Assembly: GCA_965637545.1 (NCBI GenBank)
Contig: OZ281500.1
Coordinates: 5,456,001 to 5,520,000 of the forward strand
Direction: 5' to 3'
DNA from: Phallusia mammillata
Taxonomy: Eukaryota
DNA length: 64,000 nucleotides
Shown piece by piece: positions 1 through 13,200 of this stretch. A program made the position numbers and the translations under genes. The notes beneath the pieces were generated by a model. That model searched no databases and was not told the origin of the DNA. It saw only the letters and a list, made by a program, of their open reading frames with translations. Within the stretch, counting starts at the first letter, position 1. The number at the start of each line of letters is the position of its first letter.

Positions 1-3000
1 TTGCAAAGTTGCTCCAACCCTGCATAGCAATACACAAGCCTCCTGGACTCTAAGCACCGCATCATATACTAATCTTTGGGCTTTACTGAACCTGCAAATA
101 GGCAGTGTTTGAAATTAATCTAACAAAAAATATGCATTTGTGAATGTAAATATAAATCTTATAAAAACAAAACAAAAGTTTCTTTTTGTGGTAAGATATT
201 ATGTTTATTCTGAAGGGGAAAAATTCAAAGCAATTAAATAGTATTTGAAGCATAAACATGTAAAAAAACAAAACATTATATTATGTCATGTTTTTCAAAT
301 GTTTTCAGTTGCTGAAATCTGAGAAATTAAAAGACCTGAAACACAGCAGCTAAAAAAATGTAGCTCAATGTTATTACCTTCCATTTATTGGCCAAGTTCT
401 AGTAATATCAGCAACATAACCATGGTACTCTGCCCCAGCATCAACCAACACTAGTTCACCATCCTTAATGCGTTGATCATTGACAATGTAATGAAGTGTG
501 TTGGCCCTGAAAAGTTACAACGGAAGACAGGTCAAAATCAAGCAAAGGTAGTAGAAAAACAAATCAATTTAGCTATTTTGCAAACCTGTTCTGATTGATA
601 ATAATAAGGCAATCCACTTAGCCCTGACAAAGCAATATACCAAGCACACTAAATAAAAGAAAAAAGAAAACTATAACTACAATACTATCCTATGTTAGCA
701 AGCATATAAAACAACTAGCGACCAAATATATTATAAATGCACACTAAAGACTTGTTAATTCATAATTTTCATGAAAAATAATCTGTCATGTTGAATAAAA
801 TCCTTAATGAATCACTACTGATAGTAAGATCTATTGCATGAATTGTAAAGACTGATGTATGTCTTGATATTAAAACATTCAAATCAGTATAGAAGTTTTT
901 GAGCATTACCTGTTTCCACCTGCCACCACAGGTGGATATGCAAGCATCTGTGCACCTCCAAGTCGGCATTCACAATCAAGCATGGCATGGATTGAACTCT
1001 CATTAATATTTGCAAAGGAAATAGGAATAACCCTCTTAAATGCCTTAACAAAACAAAAAAACGATATTTTACAAATTCATACCTAGTTTGCAAAAAAACT
1101 CTTTGGAAAATGTACATTGCCAAAAACATTTTTAAAATGTTGGGTATTGAACACAGTTACATTTTCAAATAATGAATGAAGAAATGCTCACTTTTATATG
1201 TTAAACCATATGGCCCACAAAACAACAGTACCTCAGCAGTTATTAGTCCTGCTTTCCCCATCAGATAAACTTCATTTTCTGTTTTAATGTGTCTTTGTCG
1301 ATGAATAAAGTCAGAAATAGGGCAAATGTTTATCTTCTTATCAAATGCTTTGTTTAGAAAAGGCCTGAAAGTTTCAAAGTAAATGTAGTAAAGCTGTGAG
1401 TTTAGTCTATTCAAGGCAATCACTTCTTTAAAAACAACTAAAAAGGTTGAATGCATTAGGCCAGTGGTTCTCAACTCATTTCAGGCCATGGACCACTGAC
1501 CCAGTAAAAATAATATCGTGGACCATTTCATTTTTGAGCAAGGTTGAAGTATGCATACGAAACAACAATTTGGGCTTATAACATAATTCTTTAAAACCGA
1601 TTTTCAAGAAGTGAGATACAATTATTAACAGCTAACATTTCGATACTTCTTCAACATGTAAAATGCAATCATCTTTAGTTCATCAACGAATTTAGTGGAT
1701 GTCTTGTGGACCACCCAAAAAGTCATCGTGGACCACTAGTGGTCCATGGACCACCAGTTGAGAACCACTGCATTAGGCGCTGAAAATAGCAAGTTTGATA
1801 TAACTATGCACTGGTAATACTTACGTCATGTGTTTTAAATGCAGTTGCATGTTAGTTTTTTTCTGAAAGTCATACCATACTGTGTAATCTTCAGATAAAA
1901 ACTTGCTTAAAAGGTTTGGAAAATCTTCAATTGACTTAGTGTAATCAACACCTGCAGAAAGCATTTTTTAACTTACCTACAAAAAGTTTTTAGGTGACAA
2001 AAAGAACAGTAAAAACTCTGACATTGAAGCAGCAATTTACATTGACATACCTGATCAATAAGAGTTTTAAAAGCTGTTTAGTGATGTGGATTTAGTGATT
2101 ATTACTTTTACAATCGAAAAATGTGCAACAAATGAAACATTTTCTAAATGCACATTTGAAAACAAACAGAAGTAAAAATATTACTGTATCTCAACATATC
2201 ATGTGGTACCTGTATGTTGCAATGCACCTTCTACTCCTGCTCGTGGACCATGCCATAATTCCTTGCTAGAGTCTCTATCTCGAACAAGCAGAGTTGATTT
2301 ATATTCACAGCTTGTGTCACCTGGAAATGTTTCCATGATGAGGCAACTATCTGGTTCCTGCAATAAAACATGTACAGTATTTCAATTTTTAACTATATAT
2401 TCCATATGATATACCAATGTTTTTCAACCTGTTTTAAGCTTTAAAACACTTAGAATATACTCTTGCAGAACACAAAATGTCCATGTTACATTCTTATTAT
2501 TACACAATGACCATCAGCAAATCACGATGGAACATTCAAACGTGCCAGTGGATAATTACTTTTATATAAAAAAAGTTATTTATACACACTGTGTTAAACA
2601 TGCTAGTAGGAATACCAGTCAAACCAATAACTTTCTTCACCCAACAATCTTTAACAAAACACTAGTGTTAAAAATCACTGCCATATACAAGATATAGTTA
2701 AGCCATGGCTATGAGGCTTCAGGCATGTATAATAACTTTCATGGAGAAAGTGTTTAACACAGATTGAAATACTAACTAAAAATCCTGTTAGATATCTAAA
2801 GTTGGTGTTCTGATGAAAAGGATATGGAATGTCCTCAGTCATGTAAGTGATCGGTTCTCCAAATAAAATCACCACATGTGCCTTTGCAGTGTTCTGCAAA
2901 AACAATGTTAAAGTTTTCAAAACACAAAAGAGAGTGAAAAGTAGATTTAACCTCACATTTTCGCTGACAACATTTGCAGCTGCTACTGAAGACATAAGAC

Positions 3001-3475
3001 TTGATCTCCTTGATTCATAATCAAGCTTGGATAAAGATGGGGTTACTTCATCTGTTTTGTTAAAAAAAACTGTTTGTTTGTGATGCAACAATTTTTTTTT
3101 CATATGAGTTGCCAAAATACCAAAGATATAACTATCCAATAAAGTATTAAAAAAAACTTTAAGCACTCTTAAAAAGAGCCCTATATCAAAAGACCTGAAT
3201 TGAGGTTTGAGTTTCAATGTCAGCGTTTTTAGTGGTTATAAAATCATTTGCAGAACCGTGAAAACAACAGACAGTTTAGTACATAGAACTTATATTCAGA
3301 TAAAGTTACCTTGCTTCATTAAAAAAGGATGCGTATATGAAGTGGGTTGGCCTATACTTCTTTCCAGCACTGCCGACGGCTGAGATGATAAACACCGATG
3401 TACATGTGAGGTTGATAAAGAACGTAATCTTATTCCGGCTAATCTACAAATACGTGAGGCTAACGTGCCCCTCAT
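1..3475 (-). CDS. XPNPEP3: Xaa-Pro aminopeptidase 3 (mitochondrial Icp55-like, M24B), 5' nine exons; gene continues beyond window start
   Basis: Exons 3310-3475, 2957-3051, 2777-2893, 2210-2357, 1825-1951, 1232-1364, 910-1043, 378-506 and 1-91 all have GT-AG boundaries with matching phases (1140 nt, 380 codons). Translation has an Arg-rich, acid-free presequence ([23 protein letters not shown]) and the motifs [60 protein letters not shown] and [25 protein letters not shown] (two metal-binding Asp). Confidence 0.95.
1462..1770. mobile_element. hAT (Charlie/Buster-like) MITE in an XPNPEP3 intron
   Basis: TIR CAGTGGTTCTCAAC...GTTGAGAACCACTG; perfect 8-bp TSD CATTAGGC (1454-1461, 1771-1778); internal GGACCAC repeats. 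Confidence 0.92.
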
Positions 3476-3600
3476 TTTTAACAAACGATTGTTGTACTAG
3501 AAAAAAATTCCACAACCAACACTTTATCAACAGTCAACTGCCTTGTTAATTTCATATTAGGGAATGTACCAGGGATTTACCCGAAAATTGCTCCTGTCAC

Positions 3601-4146
3601 CAGGGCTGCCACTCCTTGGGATTTTTCCCAAGATCTTGGGATTTCTGTGCTGAGCTTGGGATCTTGGGAAAAACTTTTTAAACCTTGGGATTTTTTGAAA
3701 TTATTCATTTAATGCGTTTAAGATTCAATTAATACTATTCTTGCAAACAAAAATGATCCTTTTGCAAAAATCATCTTTCTATCTAACGATTTGCGTGACA
3801 GTGCTTCATCAATTTTGTGTTCGAAGCCGTGTAAGTTGATTGAATTTCCTTATCAAAACTAGTGAGTTAGGCCAGTACTACAGGCCTTTCGATATATCAT
3901 GTGCCAGTAAAAAAATGTACACGAAAAATATTTTTTCTTTTGCATTTTTCTGGTATTTCTTAGCGTCTTTTCAAAGGTACGTGATGGCTGGGACCTGGTG
4001 TAACTATAAAAATTATGCTGCCTGCGCCAGCTAGGATTTAAACTGTGTATCTGCCATGTTTTCGTTATCTTGGGATTTTTGGAAAAACCTTGGGATTTTT
4101 AGTGAGGGAACCTTGGGATATCTTAAAAATCTCAGTGGCAGCCCTG
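3601..4146. mobile_element. hAT MITE just upstream of XPNPEP3
   Basis: 13-bp TIR CAGGGCTGCCACT (3601-3613) / AGTGGCAGCCCTG (4134-4146); perfect 8-bp TSD CCTGTCAC (3593-3600, 4147-4154); subterminal TTGGGAT repeats at both ends. Confidence 0.92.
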
Positions 4147-7100
4147 CCTGTCACTCGAGTAAAATCAAATTACAAAGAATACAGTTCCTTCTAAAAAAGT
4201 TAACTAATATTACGATTTACGTGGAACATAAAAGTTTCGGGAATATATTTTATGTAGAATGTATAGTGTCGTTACAAATGTATTAAACGAATTGCGTAGC
4301 GACTATCCTCAACATAATCTATTCCCTAAATTATAAATGCATAAATTTTCAATTGCAGAAATTCTGTGTTAGCAAAGGGTCAAAAGACATGTTTAAAGAA
4401 GAAAATAAAAAATAATGTCAATTTCTGTGTAAAACTTGTTTTTAAATCACTTGCGGCGCTGCGGTGTCAACTAACTATCTATACACCAAGGTGTCTAGGC
4501 GTGGGCAGGAACTTGGCCAAATGGTGCAGCGTGCCTGGCCCATATACAGTCATAAAAAAACCTAATCGGGTATCCTCCTCGGGAGCGTCCTGGGCTCTTA
4601 CCCAGTAAAAAAATCCCCCTGGGTGTTTTAAAAAATACTAGACTGTCCCTGTTTCAACATACAATACAATGAATACATCAGATTTCAGTTTAATTAATGC
4701 AATGAGCAATTGAGTAAAAAAGGCTGTGAAGCCAACACTAGACCAACAGGCAACAACCTAATAGGGTTTTTACTTAAACTTCTTAAAGACACACATGACC
4801 TCATTCTCAGTTCTCACATTTCCAACCAACAAAGGATGCTTAACTACAATTTCAAGTGCACCAGGTGTTATATCGCTATTACTTCCTGAACTAAACTGTC
4901 GTTAATGCTAGAACTATTGACTGCTGGAAAAGAAGACTTGTATAATACTCCTTGTATTGTATTTCTAAATGATATTCCGCACTCCATTTTGTTATTACTT
5001 ATGCCTGCCAAGTTGAGCATCGCAGCAATTAAAAACCAAATGCATTTCGTTTCCTAGCACAGTATAGCAAATTCATTAAACAAGTTTGATTAATTTCAGT
5101 TACAAACGGTGGTGTCCCGTTCCCACTTCCACGGTTACACATCGCCAGGAAAAATTTCAAATAAATTCAAATAAAGAATCGATGCCCCCAGTAAACTAGT
5201 AAACGCGTTCGGTTCCACGCATGTCATGTTGCCAAAGTATAAGGGCGACGGTGTTTTGATTTGACAGTTTAAGTCGTGCTCTGCATGCTTTCTACTGACA
5301 AAAATGACCTTTATCTTTAGGCCGTATTTTGTGTTTTCGCTGCTTGAAAATGATTTCACGTTTGTTAACATTAAAAACAACAACTAAAAACACCTGAAGG
5401 TACCTTTTAATACACATAGTACTGGACACAAGCACATATTAGCACTTCAGGATTATTTTATTGAAACTTTGCAAAATAAATGAAACAACGCCAAGTGATT
5501 TGGACTCGTTTTGGCTTGTATCCGCAGTATCTCACCCTATTTCATTTGTTGTGGTGTTAAATAAAGGCCGTTATCAGACAACCAGACCAAGGCACTTATA
5601 TGTCATTTTTAATACATTAGTAGTTTGGTAAAGGTAATAAAAAGTGGTAGCAAAATAGTATTAGAAAAGCAGAAAAACATCGTAAAAGCACAAGTATACA
5701 GGTTTCAAAATATACAGTAGCAATCGATTTGCTTGTCGACAGTATGGTTGAAACATTTGTCAAGCGGAAAACTGTAATGAAAAAATAGAACAGTTAAACT
5801 GTCTTAAAACAAATCAATGCATGTTAGCGATATGCCATAGTATAGGTAAATTCGACAGAAAGCTTAAAATATATCTTAGCTGCGATTTTTACATGTAAAT
5901 TTGTAGTTCTGTCAGGTTAGGGTTAGATACATTAACCTGATACAACAAAAAGAACATAGTAGATTGGAAACTGAACATAGGACAGAACACAAAACACAAG
6001 AAAAGCAATAAATCATGTTAAATGGTGTAGTGGTGGGACTCTATTTAGTTGTTACATTTACATCCAATCTGTTTCCAACGCTATACGAACATCCCAGATC
6101 CAACCAGTAATAATAAACCAGACAAAATTTAGCTAACTACCAAAAGTGAGTACACGAAAGATTACGATTGAATCGTAGAGTCAAAAAGTGTTTACCCATA
6201 AAGAGGTATTTTGAAGAAACAGGCATTAATTGCTAAGCTGTGGTAAGACATCAAACAGTCCAATAGTTGTGCAGCAATCATGTAGGAAACATGTTGGGCA
6301 CTGTGGTTAGTTGTTTGCAGTAACACAGAGTCGTCATTATTTCCTAAACAGTTTGTGGTGGCACAAAACCGAAGGAAAATCGGCACTCTTTGTAATTTAA
6401 TTTAAAAGAGTAGTTTCTAATGCACAAAACAAAGGGTAGAAACAGCAGGTGCAAGGTCGGGCATAAAAGTGGTCAAAACTGAATTGTTACTAAAACAGAA
6501 CACAGGCTGCACTTTAGATACAGCATGTTGCATTTGGCAAGAGACGCCGTTGTTTGTACGGTAACTGACCAATTATTTCCACACGATTTTTTGATGTTGC
6601 TGTGATCTAAGGACTCTTTCAATTACAAATATTTTTGAAATAGAAAGAAGCGGTAAGCTAGCTTGGTTCTGCGTCGACAAGCAAAAATAAAACGAAGGCT
6701 CTGCTGACAAGCATCATTGCTTCCAACGTATTTAAGCAAACGCACGTTGCAGGAAACTCTCTAGTTTGGATTGACAATAGATATTTACAAGTTAAAACAA
6801 TTTCAACCAACTTGATACCAACAGTTTTATGATGGAAGTTATTTGAGGAATCGTAACACATTACCTTTATAAGGACCCAAAAGCTACGGCTTTAATGTAA
6901 AAGGCATGCGTTAAAGTTTAACAGTATGCGCGATTGGTTAAAACCCCATGCGCGATGTTGGTTATTTTGTTATCAATTCCTGAGTATAACCTGAAGCTTT
7001 AAAGGTGGTAAGTCATAAAATTAGAACAAGCATAGTCTGTAGTTCGTTCAACAGCTTTCGTACCGACAAACAAATAGCGCCTTGGCATGGAACGCAGGTT

Positions 7101-7284
7101 GAAAAACACCTGCATAGTTCTTAATTTCTGGGCGAGAGTGCCTGTTGTTTTTCACAAACGGAAATAGGTCAACCGTGAAGCCATTTGAGCGCTGTTGTAA
7201 GCGGTTGGGCAAATACAAGCTACCGGAGTAAAAAGCGCTGACCGATATGGCAGTTCAGGTTTATGATTTGACCTGGTTCAAAGA

Positions 7285-10200
7285 TCAACATGTACAAATT
7301 TGTTTTATCTTAAACTCGTTTTTTATCTTGGCCCATTCGTTTTTCATGAAGCCAATTTTGATGTCGCTTCTTTTTCGCTTGTATCCAAGAAAGTGATGAG
7401 CTATCGTTGCGTTTGGGGTCACCACCATATCGTCCGGCATACCCATCTTTTCTCTTAAGATACCAGTGATCCAAACATCATCCACGCTTAAATGCGGTGT
7501 GTGCCTGGACTCTTCAAACAGTTGAGCAACCGCAGTTAACCGTGTTGTGTAAAATCCTCCTAAGCACGACTTAGGATAGTAAGGCCATTTGTACTCTTGT
7601 TCGGAGATGTACCACTTTTTGTAAATTCCAGTCTTGTTTCTATACGGCTGCGCGGAATTAATTGTCCTGTAGGTGCAGATGATAGGAAATTCAGGCCAAT
7701 TGTAGTCTGTAACGTTTCTGCGGCCTTCGTCAATTATTTCCTGTAAACGACCCACATTGACCATAAAGTCGTCGTCGCCAGATGAATAGAAATAGTCGCT
7801 TGGAAGATTTTCAATGGCCCATTGCATACCAGCCATGGTTTTCATCGGCATACTCCTAAACAGATTAATAACAATACTGTGTCAAGTTATTTTTACCCAG
7901 TAGCATGCAATCAGCAAACACCAGCTTTTCGATTAGACTTGCTTTAAATGATTTTGTCATGCTTTACAACAGGGGTCGGCAACCTTAATTTACTGCGGAC
8001 CGTTTGAGAAACTGAAATTTTATCGCGGACCGACCTTCAACAAATAATAGCAATGAAAACGCTTAAATTAGTTTATCTTTCCTAGGATACATGGGCTAAA
8101 TGTTTTGAAGCATTTAGCTTGAAAAAGCATACGGCCCGGTAACGAACTCTTCGCGGACGGGCGGTTGCCGACCACTGCTTTACAATACAGTGCAGCTACA
8201 GCTCGTTTAGACATCATCCACCAATATATGGGCTGTACTTGTTTGCGCTCTATAATGTATTCCCACATTTCCTGCGTGGTGATTACTTTAGTGCAACTGC
8301 ATCGGTATGTTTATATTTGCGAAGCGAACTAACTCAAATCAACTTAAGTAAGCTATATGGCCTCGTTTAACCAAAGTCGAGAATATGTGCAATGTTGTAT
8401 TGATATGTTTTTAAACAAACTCTATTTCCAGATTATTCGATGCGATTTAGTTCATACGATGGACGCGATGCTGTTTGCAGGAGCATTTATTTACGAATTT
8501 CCATTTTTCAAATGTGCGTGCTGTTTAAAACTTAGGGCCCCTCTGTCTTTAAGTGACATCCTGCTTTGTTGCCATTGTTATCTGGTGTATGTGTTTTGTC
8601 ATCGACTGGCAGTTTCAGTTCTATTAAATCTTCAGAAAAACTACGTTTCTACAGCAGGCGTTTTATTTCTTCCCGGGCCATTGAATTTTTTCGGGATTTC
8701 GTGTTTAGCAAAAGAGGAGGAAAAATATTTACAATGTAAGTTTAACCTGGTGTCAATCTCCGAAGGATCTTGTTACATTCTGCTAGCCACGTATAGGTGT
8801 TTTCGATTTTTCAAAACTCTGTTGGTATCTATCATATGCCAAGTACAAATGCAAAACACCAACAAAGCAAATCTCACCTACAGCCAGGGCCTTGGAGGAA
8901 AAACCTGTGCTGCAGCACCATGGTGCAAGACATTTTAGTCCCATATTTGAACAATAGTCATGATTAGATTAGTTTTCATTCCAAAATGGGCAAAATACTG
9001 GGCAATTTCACCAACACTTTAAAGCTTCACAGAAACAGTAAAGATAAATACGAAATTGCCCATTTTAGTTTTTATATTCAATTCAAGTGACCCTTAGACC
9101 AGAGTTGTAAGTCGGACCGGGTTCGGGCTTGGTTATTTATTAAAAAAGGGCTTGATTCGGACCTAACTTTACACTCTGTGTCAGTATTTAAAAAAAAAAT
9201 TAACTAGCTAAGTAGCAAGGTGCTGGACCTGGCCAAATGCCCTAAAACGCCTTGTTTAAGACCAATTGTATATTGTGTTGGTTGTCTTGGTCTTTTCTGA
9301 GGCTTTGATGTATACGCTTGTCAATCAAACTTTCGGGCCTAAACGGGCTTCCCAAAAACGATTCGGGTTCGGGCCGGGTTTCGGGCTTGTGCTTTAGGGT
9401 TTGGGTCCGGTTCGGGCTTTAGTTTTTGGCCCGTTTAAAACTCTGTTTTAGGGCTCTGGCGCGGCGCACTGGCTGCAAGGGCCTGCCTACAGCACGTTTA
9501 CATACACAGCCACAGACTTACTGGTAATCGTCAGGCCCGTTGAAAAGCAGCAGGTCTCCATATCGGTCACCCTCTTCTATCAATAACTTATTAGTCATTC
9601 CTTCTGATTTTCCGATCACAAAAACGGTTGCGAATCTTCCACTATCAACATGTCTCATCGAGCCCCACGTCCTTCGAAGAAGTTCCCGACGGATAAAGTT
9701 TCCAGCAGCCGACTTGATGAAGTTCACCATTGACCATTTGTGATCTGAATGGCAAATATTTCAGAGGTTTAGAAAACATAGCGCATTGATTATATGGTGA
9801 AGATTGACACTATAGTTACAGTAAAGTTGGCAGATTACGATGTATACTGTTTGTTGCCAATTTGGATTGGGGTTTGAAGTGTGTAACTTGTGTTAGTTGT
9901 ATTGCGCTTGTGTGTATAAGAATTTGCTTTTACAAAAAGGAGTAGTTGTATCATTGGGGCATGTAACAAACCATTTATCCCTTATTTACAAAAAAATCGT
10001 TGCCACGTTGCACTGCGCTTCCATTAACAAGCTTACAAAAATGCGGGCTATGCCAAGTCGTAGCGTCAATCTAATTTATTTCTATCAACAAAAAGTGAAC
10101 TTTACCTTACAAGGTTACTTTTCAACGGCACGTATGCATAAAACGTCCCACGAAATAATACAGACCACATAAACAAAGAGAAACAGCAACATCTGTCGTA

Positions 10201-13200
10201 TTTCACCTTACGCTATATTATCGATTGCCTTTATAAAAAATATGACATAAAATGTGTAAGGTAATACAAATTGATTTAATTCCGATGCTACATTACCCCG
10301 AAATCGATCTTAAAATTTATGCCCCCCAACAAATAAACAGTCGTAGGTCATTTCTCTTCAGTTTCTAAAAACACCCGAGTGATTCATATCATTTCCATCA
10401 TTAACGTTGTTTTCCTCCTTTCCACATGAAGAATTTCGACATTTAACAAATACATTTCGGCGAAATCATCAATACGCGGAATACAGCAACAATTTAAAAA
10501 ACAAGGTTTACAACCCGAGTTACATTTTTTTGTTTAAGACTTTTTCAATGCTTGTATGAAACTATAGTAGCAAAAGAATTACTGGAAGACATTTGTTACT
10601 GCTTAGTGATAGCTGCTAATTTTATTTTTATATTTCAAGATTCAAGTTAGAAGTGCGTGGACCAAACGATACGAAAAATACCCCAACACATCTAATAAGA
10701 TTTACACCACTCACATTGAACAGGCCTTTTCTTCCCAGTAACTGTTTCAAATGATTAACATTTATAAGTTCCGAAATTTTCAAATAGATAACACAAAATC
10801 TACTGTGAAAAATCATACCAGGTGGCCTCAAGTTTCTTCCAATTGGGAGTAGGAAAGAAAATAACTTTAAACCTTTCCCGACCTGTCACATGTCATATGC
10901 CACATGCCATCCTATTCTGGGCTCGTAAGCTAAAAGCATCAGCGACGTTTTGCGTGTAATCAACCGCAACGATTCGAACCCAGCAAACGTGACACATTGA
11001 GCACAGGGTTGGCTATTTTTCTTTTCGACGTCAATTGACGTCAAAGAACTGGCGTGACGTTTTAAGGTGTGACTCGTGAAACTTTGTTTAACGTTTAAGC
11101 AATATTGCCGAACCTTTGTTCAATGGATACCAAAAGGGCTATGCCGCACGTTGGCTGTTAAAAGCCAAAGCAAAGTGTTTACAAGCATAAATTTAAGTTC
11201 CCGAAACGACTTCTAAACAAACTTTCTTGAGGTAAAACGTTTGCTGAAATTACTGATATGGAATGCAAAGAATTGGAGCCTATTCGTACAAAGTCAATCT
11301 TTACGTGAACTTTAAGATAGGAATGCAGGTCTTTCAAGATAATCACACTTATAAATGGGGTTTACTGTGTGTGTTTCATAGACTTACACAGTGGTACCTG
11401 GTACGCAAAGGTATTATGAGAAAATAGTAACACTTTTTTGTCTTTGTGGATATGTGTTTTGTGGATATAAACCTAACCAGTACTATTAGTAGCATCCTTC
11501 ACGCAATAACAGTCCGGCAAATACTAATAAAATTACAATAAATTTTGATCAATATCTTTCAATATGATTTTTGTTCAATTTACTTACGAATTTTTGGTCC
11601 ACACTTATCGTGTTCGCAGGAATCATTGAAAATCAATTCAGGCTCTCGAAAATAAGTAAACCTCGGCCTCAAGAAGCCCGTTTGTTGGGTCTGTGCAGCA
11701 GATGTCACCTCACCGCTTGCGGTAGTTTGAGCTATCTTGTTCTTGTAAGTCTTGTTTGCAGGTCTCTGTGCGGATTCCACTTTAATTTCGAACTGGGGCA
11801 GAGACCTGTATTACAATATTAGATATTGACTTTAGGATCTTAAGAAAATATTTTAACAGAGTTTCGTTTTTTTCATGTTTGCTTTTCTGACGGTTTTAAT
11901 TCAAACATTGGCATCATCAAGTGGGCAAAGAAGTTTTGGTAAAACACTGTTGGTAAATCATTTACAACGTCAATTTGTTTTGGGGCAAAAATATATTTCG
12001 GTAGAAAACAGGATGGGTCCATGCTCAACATAATTTAAATTAGACGAGTTTCCCATTGTATTGATTGCATTGTAATATGGTGCTGTTTTGTCATGTTCCA
12101 ATAGCTAATGTCAGAAGCCGGTTTGACAAATAGTTAAGTCCCTTTCTTTCAAACCTGCTACAACAACTAAAGGTTTACTATGTTAAATCCATAAATCGCG
12201 ATTGGCTTTGCGTGTTGTTTTGTCAACGTATTCGAACGTCAAATATTTTACACAATCTGTGCACAGAATTTATGATTTCAAACGGAATAATGCAAGTAAA
12301 TGTCTGCATACAAAACCATTTCCTAATGATGACAACAGCGTTTGTTTAACCGTTTCAGAAACAAGCTGGCATTTTGTTCTTGCGAATACCACAGGAAGAC
12401 ATTGGACGACAAAGGAGCAGAACTAAGTTTAAATCAACGTGCAAGAATGGTTACAGGAAGTTTCAAATTAAACGCCCTGCATCAAGGGAATAACGCGCGA
12501 CGCAAAGTATAACTATAATGTAACACGGCGCGTCTGATTTTCTCTTTATGGAAAACCTTTGAGACTCTAGTCTTGTTGCATAGGTTAAATCAGTGGTCGG
12601 CAACCGCCGGTCCGCGAGGAGTTCTTTACCTGGCCGTATAATTTGTAAGGTTAATTGCTATAAAACATTTTGCCCATGTACCCCAGGGATGATAAACTAA
12701 TTTAAGCGTTTTCATTGCAAAATATTTGTAGTTTTTTGAAGACCGGTTCGCTATAAAATTTTACTTTCAAAAACGGTCCGCAGTGCAAAAAAGGTTACCG
12801 ACCCCTGGGTTAAATGATCAGAAAAGCAGATCTATAGATTCTAACCCACGCGATGTATGTTGAAAGAGCAGTAGGCTTGAGACAAACCATAAGGCGTTAA
12901 CATTAGGTCATTTTATACAGCGTTTAATAAATAACCACAAACCGCAAGGTATACTTGATGTTTGTGGTTTTTTGATCGTTCTTATTTTCACCACCTAAAA
13001 CCGGAAGCCTGGACCTTTCCGTTTTTTTCGCATCGGCAATAACTCGGGCTATAACAAAAACAATATAAACGCCAAAATGTGTCAATAAAATCTGTACAAT
13101 ATTAAAAATAAGGCTGATCAAATTGTGGCAAAATTACCATTATATCCCACGAAAAGAAAGCCTTGATTTTGTCCAATCTGGGGAGAAATGGACAAAAGTC

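Noticed and set aside
2675-3217. 180-aa ORF as a standalone gene
   Set aside because: Read-through of XPNPEP3 exons 2-3 plus intron sequence.
4800-4890. Exon-like minus-strand segment (SNSDITPGALEIVVKHPLLVGNVRTENE)
   Set aside because: No partner exons or recognisable homology; weak donor.
3475-7285. Operon of paralog A with XPNPEP3
   Set aside because: Same strand but about 3.8 kb apart with a MITE between; no tight juxtaposition.
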